From NCBI GenBank assembly GCA_951406725.2, contig OX597823.1, positions 7,688,001 through 7,752,000 of the forward strand: a stretch of DNA of 64,000 nucleotides, read 5' to 3'. Each line of letters starts with the position of its first letter. Position 1 is the stretch's first letter. A program made the position numbers and the translations under genes. The DNA is from Octopus vulgaris (taxonomy: Eukaryota). The notes below the pieces were generated by a model. It did no database searches. It saw nothing but the letters and a program-made list of their open reading frames with translations, and had not been told where the DNA came from. Of the stretch, positions 40,095 through 53,800 are shown piece after piece.

Positions 40095-43000
40095 TTGTGT
40101 ATGTGTGTTTGTCCCCCTAGCTTTGCTTGACAACCGATGCTGGTGTGTTTACGTCCCTGTCACTTAGCAGTTCGGCAAAAAGAGACCGATAGAATAAGTA
40201 CTGGGCTTACAAAGAATAAGTCCCGGGGTCGATTTGCTCGACTAAAGGTGGTGCTCCAGCATGGCCGCAGTCAAATGACTGAAACAAGTAAAAGAGTAAA
40301 GAGTAATGCACAATCCATAAACACATCTGTGGGTTATCCTTTATCTTTTACTTGTTTCAGTCATAAGAATGTGGCCATGCTGGGGCACCACCTTGAAGAA
40401 TTTTCGGTGAATGAATCGGCCCTAGTACTTTCTTTTAAAGCCTGGTACTAATTATATCAATCTCCTCTGCTGAACCACTAAGTAACTGAGACATAAACTC
40501 ACCAACACCAGTTGTCAAATAGTGGTGGGAGACAGATACAGATATGATGAGTTTCTTTCAGTTTCCATCTACCAAATCCACTCATAAGGTTTTAGTCGGC
40601 CAAGGCTAAAGTAGAAGACACTTGTCCAAGGTGCTACGTTGTAAGACTGAACCCAGAACCATGTGGATTGGAAGCAAACTTCTACCACACAGCCACGCCT
40701 GCATTTTTTTCATTGTTCTGGACAAAGATCCAAGCATTATGTGATAATGAAGGAAAAACATGGACAAGGATGGAAATAAAAATGCGTAATATTATGGAAA
40801 TAGGAACTTGGAAGATCATAATGAAATTCGCTAGCAATACTGTTCTGCTTTATATATTTAGTTCTAAATCAATAATTTTGCAATTGAAAATACCATTCCC
40901 TCCCAACAAAAAGTGTCTGAAAAATCCTACCGTGCCTTATTTGTTTAAGTTCAAGCTTTGGACAGGCTGCTAACAAGAAGTGCTTTCGATGCTGTGGTGG
41001 CTTTACTGGTACCCTAAGTGAACCCCTACGCTATCCTTACAAGAGTGTTTCTCAAATTTCTTTAGAACGATTAGCAACTAAATATTACCAATTGCAAATA
41101 TAGTTATACACGTGTAATTATTGTAATAAATTACAAGTATAATTATACTGTACTTAATAGACATATTTGTGTCCACTGAAGCTGTACAGACAAAAAATGG
41201 GGAAAATACTGTTAAGTTTTTGGCATGCGAATGCTGTATCTGATCGTTGAAATTATTTTACTAAGATAACAATACATTACAGCAGTGCTTTCTTGATATA
41301 AATTACCACTTCAGTCATCATCATCATCGTTTAGCGTCCGCTTTCCATGCTGGCATGGGTTGGACGGTTCAACTGGGGTCTGTGAAGCCAGAAGGCTGCA
41401 TCAGGCCCAGTCTGATCTAGCAGTGTTTCTACGGCTGGATGCCCTTCCTAACACCAACCACTCCGTGAGTGTAGTGGGTGCTTTTTACGTGCCACCTGCA
41501 CAGGTGCCAGACAGAGCTGGCAGACGGCCATGGACGGATGGTGCTATTACGTGCCACCGGCACAGGGGCCAGGCGAGGCTGGCAATGGCCATGAACAGAT
41601 GGTGCTTTTTACGTGCCACCGGCACGGAGGCCAGTTGGGGCGGCGCTGGCAACGGCCACGATCGGATGGTTCGCTTACTTGTCACCGGCACTGGTATCAC
41701 AGCTGCTATTTCCATTGATGTTGATCGGCTTCGATTTTGGTTCTGCATTCTGATATCTGATTTGATTTGGTTTGAATTTGATTTTGATTTTGATTTTTGA
41801 TTTTCTTGATATAAATTACCCCTTCGGTAACTTTATAAAAAGAATAAAGACACAGGTAACTGTAATAAAGAATAACAAGGGATGTAAAAAAAAAACCGTT
41901 AACATCTCGGCGAAGGCCAGTGGTGATATTTGGTAGTGTTATGTAAGCAGCTTAGCCTATCAGGATAGTTTACCAAAGAGTATCAGTCAACATTTTCATA
42001 ATTTCTGTATATATGAAAAATTTATAACCAGAATATGAACGGTCATGTAGTGATAGATAAATTGGTCAAGCACCGAATGTGAGACAGGGGTTACCTACAT
42101 TTTTATTTTCTTGAGAAAACCGAGGTGCATCTTTATATGTCCGTAGGTAGAGTAATCGAAGATATACATTCCATTAGTTACTTAATGTAAGGGAGACAAC
42201 AATGTTACTTGAAAGAGAGAGAGAGAGAATGCGTACAAGGACAATATAAGGGAGGTAACTGCGATGTTTTCGCTAAACGACTGTTACCTGCTGAGAAGTA
42301 TTTAATTCGGCGACTCGAGGGTGATAAGACGCACACTATAATTAACAAAGTACATTTTAGAAAAGATGTTTTTGATGATCTATAAACATATCGAAGTTTT
42401 GTTTTGTAAAAATGACTAGTTTAGTTGCTATTACGTAGTGTAGTAAAAAGGTAATGTCAGCTAAATAACTAAACTGACATCTAAAGCATGGTGTCTCTTG
42501 CAGTGGTACTTCTGCTTGTCGACAAATAGTGTTTGAAGCCAGTAAATCCTTGAAGACTTCTTATTAAGAAGGTGGCAAGCTGGTAGAAACGTTAGCACAC
42601 CGGGCGAAATGCGTAGCCGTATTTCGTCTGTTGTTACGCTGTGAGTTCAAATTCCGCCGAGGTCGACTTTGCCTTTCATCCTTTCGGGGTTGATTAAATA
42701 AGTACCAGTTACGCACTGGGGTCGATGGAATCGACTTAATACCTATGCCTGTCCTTGTTTGTCCCATCTATGTTTAGCCCCTTGTGGGTAATAAAGAAAT
42801 AGGTACTTCTGCTCGTCGACAAATAGTGTGTGAAGCCAGTAAATCCTTGCAGACTTCTGATTAAGGTGGCGAGCTGGCAGAAACGTTAGCAGACCGGGCG
42901 AAATGCTTAGCTGTATTTCGTCTATCTTTACGTTCTGAATTCAAATTCCCCTGAGGTCGACTTTGCCTTTCATCCTTTTGGGTGTGATAAATTAAATATC

Positions 43001-46000
43001 AGTTGCATATTGGGGTTCATCTAATCAACTGGCCCCACTCCCCCAAAATTTCAGAATAGTAAAGAATACTTTACTAAACTAATAAATATGTTAACCATTG
43101 TACTAGGATATAGTTATTACCTGTGAATTATAACTGTAGGCTTATATAAGAAGACAAGGATTCTTGTAAGGGTTGCATCCAACCGTAAAAATTTAATTTT
43201 AGCACTTGACCTTTTCGTGATAAGACATAGGATGATTTGGCTGTTTATTCCTGAAAAAAAGTGCATCTTTAGCACCATGGAAAATAGTAAAACAAGAAAT
43301 AGTTGGAATGATGCACATTTAGTTATGATTTAGGAAATAGATGTAACTTTTTTTTAAAATTAGGTCAAATAAAATTGACACAGTGTATAACTATTGCAAT
43401 TCTACTGTGGCAATTATCAGGAGAATTTATGCAATTGTGGCTGTGATCATGATGATAGAGACATTAGTGATTGTGTATTTATAATGAGTAGAAAAAAAAT
43501 ACTAATTACCAAATGTTATGTTCAGCTGTCGTATGGAATTCAAAAAATAGTAGTGATAGAAAACTTGCCATAATCTACACAGGTAGAGACAAAAACAGTT
43601 AATTAGATAATTATTTACAATAAACATTTACTGTTACTCAACTCAAAATGAACATATAAACAAATATTTAAATGACATGATTGGTTTTAAGAATCAAAAT
43701 ATCATCCATACATTTCAAAGAATTTACGATTATTTAATCAGAAATTTGGAATAAAACCTATTTACCACCTAGATATACTGAGGTAAGTAGGTTAAAGTAT
43801 CTCATCTAAATCTACAACACAGTTTAGGCTTCAACTCATGATCTTAAGATTAGTAATCCAGCAGCTAAAACAGTAGGAAAACTGAGCAAAGTATATTATG
43901 TCAGGTAGTAGGTAATTATTGTAAAAGAAGGTATTAACATCACAGAGGTACACTTGCAAAACAAGTGATTTGATCAGAGACTATGTGTTGGAACTGAAAT
44001 GATTGCAGCATTTTCATCACATGAAGCTATGACCTGGTCCCTGACAGCAGTTTGTAGTAATAACAAAACAAAAAAAATATATACAGTTTGATATGCAGCC
44101 ATATACCAAATAATCATGATCTGGCTCGTGAATGCCTTTGGCAGAGTTTACTCTGTTGCAATCGTTGAAACCGGAGGGTTTGAGGATAGCCTGGAAGCTG
44201 TGGTTTACTCCTCCTTTCCCCACCACACCAGTTTCAGAGACCCTACATTAAGATCAAAGATACTGCCCTTCTTTTGTGATCTCAATTCAGAGCTTCCTTT
44301 CTTAAAACAGTATATTTTAACAGAATTTCTGAAGTAAAGATTATTTTAAAATGATAAAGTTTGAGAAGTATCAACATTATTTTCTAGAGACAAGATATAT
44401 TAATTACATACTTATTAAACAATAAGGGTTATACAGAACACTATATATATTTTTTCACTTCTTTTCTTCATCAAAGCTTTGTAAAAATTTACATAAGGAT
44501 ATTTCATCTTGCAAAAGTTATATAGCAATGGAAAACTGCAGAAGAATTAAGTGATAGAAAGTAGAATATTTTCACTATTTTTACAAACAATACATTGAAT
44601 AATATCTCATTGCAGATGTTACTTAAATCTCTGCACAAAAATTGAAGTTTAAGAATAAAATCTTTCATCAGACCACTTCTCAAGAAGAAGCAAAAATGAC
44701 CAAATATATTTTAACTTGCAGACAGAATTGAAATCAGTCTATGGTTTTTAGTTACTTCTGGTTTATGAAACATAAATTGACAAACTTGAAGCATCTGCTT
44801 CTTGTGGTGTATCCAGAAGATTGTTTTCCTATAAAAATGCAACTGCTGTTTTCTCTATCAAAATGACACATATTTGGAAATCTTTTAATGGCATTATAGT
44901 GGGTAAAATGTGTTACACTGATGGTTATCAACTTCAATTTGAAGAGGATGTAGGCGTTGGATTATTACTCTTTTACATAGACAAGTCAGGGGCATTCAGG
45001 TCAGAAAGGTAGAAAGAAAAATAAGCATGGTCAGGAGCACTCGGGTTAAAAGGGTTAAAAAAAAAATAGGTAAGCACAGGTAATAAATTCCTACCATGAA
45101 AGGTCACATTCAGGTCAAAAGGGTAAAACAAAAATAAGTAAATAAGTATGGTCAGAAAAGCTCAAGTCAAAATGGTAATCGAATGGTATAGTCAGAAGCA
45201 CTCAGATCAAACGTGTAAAAGAAAAAAAATAGGTAAGCACAGGTAATAAATTCCTACCATGAAAGGTCACATTCAGGTCAAAAGGTAAAACAAAGATAAA
45301 TATGGTCAGAAAAACTCAAGTCAAAATGGTAATCGAATGGTATAGTCAGAAGCACTCAGATCAAATGTGTAAAAGAAAAAAAAAAGGTACGCACAGGTAA
45401 TAAATTCCTACCATGAAAGGTCACAAAACCTGCTGAGGTCTCAGTAAACAGATCATGTTATTTCACAGCACGGACTACTGACACAGCAGCAGACATTTAC
45501 TAAAGTAGCACCAAAAAGATTCTATTAATGAAACATGGAAAACATTTCAATAAATCTAAAAAAACAAATTCTGGAAACTTACATGTGCTATCGGAAGCAA
45601 TCTGTTATAAACCAAAAATTCAGAATTCTCCTGAAGACTTATTCGTAACAAATTCAATATAGTTCCTAAAATTCCACTTAAAAATACATAGAAATAAAAG
45701 TATTAAAAAATTACTTTTAAAGTCATTTGAATTTTAATGAATTCTATTTTTAAGAGATTTTATTAAACTAAAGTTAGCTATAAAACATGTAAATTATAAT
45801 GGATGGAAGCACTCCGTCAGTTACGACGACGAGGGTTCCAGTTGATCCGAATCAACGGAACAGCCTGCTCGTGAAATTAACATGTAAGTGACTGAGCACT
45901 CCACAGACACGTGTACCCTTAACATAGTTCTCGGGGATATTCAGCGTGACACAGAGAGTGACAAGGCCGGCCCTTTGAAATACAGGTACAACAGAAAGTA

Positions 46001-49000
46001 AGAGTGAGAGAAAGTTGTGGTGAAAGAGTACAGCAGGGATCACCACCATCCCTGCCGGAGCCTCGTGGAGCTTTAGGTGTTTTCACTCAATAAACACTCA
46101 CAACGCCCGGTCTGGGAATCAAAACCGCGATCCTATGACCGCAAGTCCGCTGCCCTAACCACTGGGCCATTGCGCCTCCACAAATTATAATAAACCTGAT
46201 TGCAATAGCTGATCAATAAGTACTCAGACTGTTGCCATAGTAATGTAGTTAAAGCATGCAGAGTGAAGCCACTCTGTTCATTCAAAGCTGGCAAGGTTCA
46301 ATTATAGAGTAAATATGTAACAAAAATAAAGCAAATATATAAATACATAAAACTAAGAGTTGATTTCTTCCGAAACATTTAGTTCTATGTTACATAGGTT
46401 GTTATGAAATGAGGTGGATTCATAACAACAAACTATAATCAAAATAATATAAAAATGTATAAAAATAATAAAAATATTAAGTACTTACCTTGCAAGGCAA
46501 CCCATATAAAATTTATATAAATATAAGTGTTTGAAGTTAGCTGCTTCAAAAATATCTCCTGTAAGAAAACAGTTGTATATATATATCTATCAATATTTTC
46601 ATTATCACATGTAACAGGTAGATCCTTTCATTTCCATACCTTTTTTCTAGTCTTAATTTGTTTTCAAATTTTCTAATAACCCCAATGCTATATATTTAAT
46701 GATATCAATGGAAATAGTAGTTGTGATACCTGTGCCGGTGGCACATAAAAAGCACCATCCGAACGTGGCCGATGCCAGCACCGCCTCGACTGGCTTCTGT
46801 GCCAGTGGCACATAAAAAGCACCATCCGAACGTGGCCGATGCCAGCACCGCCTCGACTGGCTTCTGTGCTGGTGGCACATAAAAAGCACCATCCGAACGT
46901 GGCCGATGCCAGCGCCGCCTTGGCTGGCTTCCGTGCCGGTGGCACATAAAAAGCACCATCCGAACGTGGCCGATGCCAGCGCCGCCTCGACTGGCTTCTG
47001 TGCCGGTGGCACATAAAAAGCACCATCCGAACGTGGCCGATGCCAGCACCGCCTCGACTGGATTCTGTGCCGGTGGCACATAAAAAGCAACATCCGAACG
47101 TGGTCGATGCCAGCACCGCCTCGACTGGCTTCTGTGCCGGTGGCACATAAAAAGCACCATCCGAACGTGGCCGATGCCAGCACCGCCTCGACTGGCTTCT
47201 ATGCCGGTGGCACATAAAAAGCAACATCCGAATGTGGCCGATGCCAGCGCCGCCTCGACTGGCTTCTGTGCCGGTGGCACATAAAAAGCAACATCCGAAC
47301 GTGGCCGATGCCAGCACCGCCTCGACTGGCTTCTGTGCCGGTGGCACATAAAAAGCACCATCCGAACGTGGCCGATGCCAGTGCCGCCTTGGCTGGCTTC
47401 CGTGCCGGTGGCACGTTAAAAGCACCAACCGATCGTGGCCGATGCAGACCCCCCCCCATGGCACCTGTGCAGGTGGCACGTAGAAAGCACCCACTACACT
47501 CGCGGAGCGGTTGGCGTTAGGAAGGACATCCAGCTGTAGAAACACTGCCAGATCAGACTGGAGCCTGGTGCTGCCCCTGGCTTCCCAGACCCCGGTCGAA
47601 CCGTCCAACCCTTGCTAGCACGGAAAACGGACGTTAAACGATGATGATGATGATGATGATGATGATACAACTACAAACAAAATAACTGCCAAATTTTCAA
47701 TGATGCATTTATTATCTTTCTCTGTTTTTCTCTCTAAACTTTACAGCAATTGTTAGTTATACCTCTCAGTAATTATAACCAGAAAAATTATCAGGAAATG
47801 AATTGTTGTCTATAATTCATCCTGATCATTTCAGTAACACAATAAGATTTTCTGATATCTTGTCCTAAAATAAAAACCAGTCTTAAATAATAATGATAAT
47901 AATGAAATTATTTTATACAGTGCTCAGGTGCACCACAACTTGTCAGAAAGTGCATATAAAGTACATGCAGTAATGTAAAAATGTCTGGAAAGCGAACAAT
48001 GTATGAGTCAGATACATGCTTGTGTGTGTATGGAGGGGAGAAAATCAGGTGTAGTGTTGGTGAATCTCAGAAAGCATGGAAGTTTTGACGGATGCAGTGC
48101 TCCGACAACTAACAACTGATGCTGGTTAAAGAAACTCATGGTCTGCATTGAGAACAATCTCTTAATAAAATTTGCAAATTAGGATAAATTCAAATGACAG
48201 GGAGAGACAAGAACAGAGTATTTGATATTCTCACCTCTCCATTACATGTATACATACACTTATCTAAATTTGAATAAGATCATTTGCCTTGGAAAGACAA
48301 TAATTGTGTATTCAGTATTTTCAATTTCTGACAGCATAGACTGCTTGTTTAGTTTAAGTACCTTGAAATGTGAAGGCACATGGCTCAGTGGTTAGAGCAT
48401 CAGGCTAACAATCATGAGATAGTGAGTTTGATTCCCAGATCAGGCTGTGTGTTGTGTTCTTGAGCAAGACACTTTACTTCGCATTGCTCCATTTCATTCA
48501 GCTGTAGAAATGAGTTGCAACATCACAGGTGCCAAGCTGTATTAGCCCCTTAATCTTTCCCTTGGATAATATTGGAAGGGTGGAGAGAGGAGACTGGTAT
48601 GCATGGATGACAGCTGGTCTTCCATAAACAACCTTGCCCGGACTTGTGCCTCAGAAGAATAAGTACTAGGCTTAAAAAAATGTTCTGGGGTTGATTTGTT
48701 CAACTAAAACCCTTCAAGGCGGTGCCCCAACAGGGTCACAATCAAATAACTGAAACAAGTAAAAGAAAATATTTGACAAAAATCAATTAAATATAATGAT
48801 TCTTCTGCTGATTAATATAAAGTATTCGTAATTAAAAACACATACACAAGAGCATCCCACACAAGCACATAGGATATTTAATATATTCTTTATAGAAGTT
48901 GATGGGCTGCCAGAAACGTTAGCATGCCAGGCAAAACGCTTAGCAATATTTCATGTCTTTTACATTCTGAGTTGAAATTCCGCTGAGGTCAACTTTGCCT

Positions 49001-50778
49001 TTCATCCTTTCGGGGTCGATAAATTAAGTACCAGTTGCAAACTGGGGTCGATCTAATCGACTGGCCGCTCCCCCAAAATTTTGGGCCTTGTGCCTAGAGT
49101 AGAAAAGAATATACACACTTCTGAGATGGTAAAATAAAATATACTGTCAAGTTAAGATTAATTTCTAAAAAATGTAATGACCTTACCTAAAAGGTAACTG
49201 CCCGGAATGAAGAAAATTACACTGAAATATGTAAAGATTAAACAATCAAAATACAATAAATAATATATTTATAAATTGGTAAATTTTATTCTACATTCTG
49301 CATTAAAATAATGCTTATGTTAGGGAGTTAACTCAATCAATTACATTCCTTCCCAATAAAATCTGGCTTATAAAGTGTAAGAAAGCATTAATGAGCTTAG
49401 CCATAGAAAAGGAATTATAAGTGGCAACCCAAATCCTGACATAGTTTCAATTTCTCTTTGAATCTTTTTCATTTACAATGTTAAAGCCTTTGGGAAAAAC
49501 ATGAATATTGTACTTTCCTTTTTCTTTAAAAATATGGTATACAAAATGATATCAAATGTTCCCAGACTCTCTCTTTCTCTTTTCTCTCTTTTACTTGTTT
49601 CAGTCATTTGACTGCGGCCATGCTGGAGCACTGCCTTTAGTCGAGCAAATCGACCCCAGGACTTATTCTTTGTAAGCCCAGTACTTATTCTATCGGTCTC
49701 TTTTGCCAAACCGCTAAGTTACGGGGACGTAAACACACCAGCATCGGTTGTCAAGCGATGTTGGGGGGACAAACACAGACACACAAACATATACACTCAC
49801 ACTTATATATATATATATATACATATATACGACAGGCTTCTTTCAGTTTCCGTCTACCAAATCTACTCACAAGGCATTGGTCAGCCCGAGGCTATAGTAG
49901 AAAACACTTTCCCAAGGTGCCACGCAGTGGGACTGAACCCGGAACCATGTGGTTGGTAAGCAAGCTACTTACCACACAGCCACTCCTGCGCCTAACTAGT
50001 TATGTTTAGTAAAAAAATAACTTATTTACCAAAGTTTTAACATCACACCCTTCGAAATAGTCACCTTGTGCAGCAATATACCTGTCCCAGTGTTCCTGCC
50101 ACTTTTGGAATCTGGGAAGTTGTTTTCCGTAAGTGGATCAAGAACCTTCCGTGATTTGCTCTGGATCTTGACAGTGGTGTTAAAACAGCGACCTTAGATC
50201 TGGATATTTATCTTGAGGAAGTGATGAAAGTCTGCAGGTTCTGTATCTGGTGAATAGCGGAGGTACAGAAGTGATTCCATGTTGTTTTTGGAGATAAATT
50301 TATGAGTGAGGAGGGCTCGGTGACAGGGTGCATTGTCATTGTAATGAATTCTTTGTGCTTCACAGATCCAGTTGCCTTCACCAAATGTCCTCCCTCCAAT
50401 GCTTCAAAACATCGTTGATTGTCCTCCAATGATCCTCATGCACAAGCTGAGGAATTTTCTAAATCAATGGAAATTGTAGTTGTGATACCAGTGCCGGCGG
50501 CATGTAAGAGAACCATCCGAATGTGGCTGTTGCCAGCACTGCCCCCACTGGCCTCCGTGCTGGTGGCACGTAAAAAGCACCATCCGATCGTGGCCGTTTG
50601 CCAGACTCGTCTGGCACGTAAAAAGCACCCACTACACTCACGGAGTGGTTGGCGTTAGGAAGGGCATCCAGCCGTAGAAACACTGCCAGATCAGACTGGA
50701 GCCTGGTGCAGCCTTCTGGCTTCCCAGACCCCAGTTGAACCGTCCAACCCATGCTAGCATGGAAAGCGGACGTTTTAC

Positions 50779-50809
<31 letters not shown>

Positions 50810-53800
50810 CCCAGGGGTGACGCTTGTGGAAGATCTTCCAGATCGCTCATCATATTCCAGGGATGTTCTTCTGCTTTTGAAGCCCCTGTGCCACTCGAAA
50901 CATTGTGTACAACCCATTGTCTCATCACCATAAACTTGCCAAAACGTGCTCAATGTCTTTGTAGCAGACTTCCCAAGTTTAACACAAAATTTCCCGTTGG
51001 CACTTGTTCCTGTCCATGACAAAATCACAGACCACAGCTTCCACATGATCACAAAGACACAAATTTCACAACTTGCTAAGTAAACATAGCGATGTCACTC
51101 GCCACATTGCCTCGTGGTGGTCACTGCGAGCTCTCACTGCGCATGCAGCCATGTGCTGCCATCTGATGATGCACTACAGAACTAATCAGGGAACTTTTTG
51201 ATACCACCTCATATTTGTGATTAGATGATGATGATGATGATAAACAAGAAGCCAATGATGAAGTGCAGTGCATGTTCTTGAAATATGAAAATGGTGACCA
51301 AGAGGCTCCACAGAATTTCGTTTTGTATCCCCTTAGCTTCTGTTTTAATGAGTTTGACTTAAATGAACATAGAGTGTAGTGTAGTAAGAAATTTGCTTCC
51401 CAACATGGTTCTAGATTCACTCCCACCATGTGGGACCTTGAGCAAGTGCCTTCTGCTATAGCCTCAGGCTGACCAAAACCTTGTGAGTGGATTTGGTAGA
51501 TGGAAACTGAAAGTAGCTTTTCGTGTGTATGTGTGTCTGTCTGTCTGTGTCTTTGTGTCTGTGTCTGTGTGTGTGTGTGTGACCACTGCTTTACAACCAT
51601 AACTTAACAGTTTGGCAAAAGAGACCAACAGAATAAGTACCAAGCTTTAAAAGAAAATAAGTACTGTGATTGATTAGTTCAACTAAAATTCCTCAAGGCA
51701 GTGCCCCAGCATGGTCGCGGTCTAAAGACTGAAACAAGTAAAAAGATAAAAAAGAAAAAGCTGAATTGCATTCATTTTGCATATAAGAGGCCAATTTTTT
51801 ATATATATTAATGAGAATTACCAAAACTTACCTGAATATATAATTATAGTAAAGTAATTCAATTTTACTGAAAAAAAAAATAGTAGAAGTAGTTTGATAA
51901 ATAAATAAAAGTATTCTTGGAAAAGTTTTAGTTTTAAAAGTTGAGTACTTAGATTCTTTTTATTTCTCTACTTTTGCTCTATGTCAAGATAAAGAGCTAA
52001 ATTTAAGACAGAACTGGAGATCACTCACCTCTTCCTAAGACTAGATGTAACTGGTAACTATTTTTCACTACAATAACTTTCACAAAACAGACAACATTAA
52101 GAACAATCCTTGCGGCAGGATTTTCCTATCTTCAATTCTTTACCTTTCACTGACCCCAAAATTTGTTTCCTAAATCTAGGATATCATACCCTTAATACTG
52201 TGCACAATTGAACAATACTACCATAGTAGCTTTCGATGAATAAACACAACAGTAGCTGCACACTATGAACGATGTTTCAGTATTGTTGACAGCATTGTCA
52301 TCTCTTATTATAAAAGGCAGATTTTATCTGCCTCCCTTTGGGAGTTATACAAATCTACAATATAGGATTTCTTCAATTACAATTTACCTGGCATTTTTAA
52401 GAGTACAATGCATCGCGTCATGCCAGGTCCAGTTTTTAAAATTTAAACTCCAATTAAGCAAAATTTACAGAAAACTCACATTCTGGTGTGTGTGTCAAAT
52501 GCTTTTCTTAGTCTGGTTTACACCACACGCAAACGCACACACACAGTGGGCAACGAATAAAATGAAAGTAAATAGCGGACAGAGTGATTTGAGGAAGACT
52601 AAAGTGAAAGTATTCTGTCTATGACGATGATAGATACATGAGTAAAATGTATGGGAAGCTAAGAGCTAAGAGTGAGTGAAAATGTTCTTGGAAGAGAGTA
52701 ATTAGTAATAAAGTAAACATACACTCATACATACATACATACATACATATATACATACACACACACACACACATACACACACACATACATACACACACAC
52801 ATACATACATACATACATATACATACATACATACATATACATACATACATACACACACACACATACACACACACACAGTATTGAAGCTTGAGAACAATCA
52901 GATACATTTGCAACACATCTGTTGAAAATATTATTGTTCACACACATACATATACATATATACATACAGACAGACAGACAGATAGACACACACACACACA
53001 CACACATGATCCAGCATGGCCACAACCTCAAGGCTGAAACATATAAAAGAATAACAGAATATAAATGTGTGCAAAGTACAAGAAATATTAATGCAGTATA
53101 TGGGGATTGGACAATAAGCGTAAGGCAGTGTCAATGGTGGTTCCAGAAATCCCGAGCCATAAACTACAGCCTAGAAGACGAGCCTCATCCTGAAAGATCT
53201 GTAGAACTCGACAAGGACATCCTGAAAACCCTGGTGGAACAAAATATCATCGTAACTGTTGAGGAACTAGCAGAGAAGCTTGGATTTGGTCATTCAACCA
53301 TTCATTGACACCTGTGTGCTATCGGAAAAGTCAGCAAATTGGGTCAATGGGTTCCTCACGAACTTTCCGAGTCTAATTGCATGCAGAGAGTGAATGTATG
53401 CTTTTCTTTGCTGTCATATCTCACCACTACTGCGCTATGTATATCTATATATATAAAACTGTAGTTGTGTGAGTGTCTGTCCCCTTCGATTTAGATTCCT
53501 AACTACTCCCACATTTTGCGGTACAGTTTAACCAAATTCGGGTAGCTTATAGTCGTGATTCATATCGAGCCCGTCTGAATATTAGCGCGCGTCTACGATG
53601 AATCTACGATTTTAAAAATAATTTAACATCATTTTTTATTCCATTTTAATGCATAATTTTTCGTGTGTCGATGGCGGCGGAGTTGGCGTCCACGCTCACA
53701 TCTGCACCTGTGGGGAAGGGAGTGTAAGGAAATCAACGTCGTAATGCGTTGTCAAGGAGACCAGTGTTCTTTTAGAACAACGACTTCATGGCTTCAAGAC

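Noticed and set aside
40931-41060. Candidate extra minus-strand exon (VPVKPPQHRKHF...)
   Set aside because: Not needed for the reading frame, no recognisable homology, weak acceptor.
41880-42480. Slightly CpG-richer stretch suggesting a promoter
   Set aside because: It lies in the last TMEM241 intron with no identifiable downstream exon or motif support.
45444-45512. Possible alternative TMEM241 terminal exon (NLFGATLVNVCCC...*)
   Set aside because: Exons 43510-43574 and 39606-39672 fit the family and phases better; no homology support.
46653-47608. Overlapping 176-306 aa repetitive ORFs; the array superficially resembles CRISPR
   Set aside because: These are translations of a stop-free 67-bp tandem unit in an intron. 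There are no unique spacers, no cas genes, and the context is eukaryotic.
52301-52700. Possible third Helitron 5' end (A|TCTCTTATTATAAAAG)
   Set aside because: No matching hairpin-CTRR 3' end was found and it is single copy, so it was not called.
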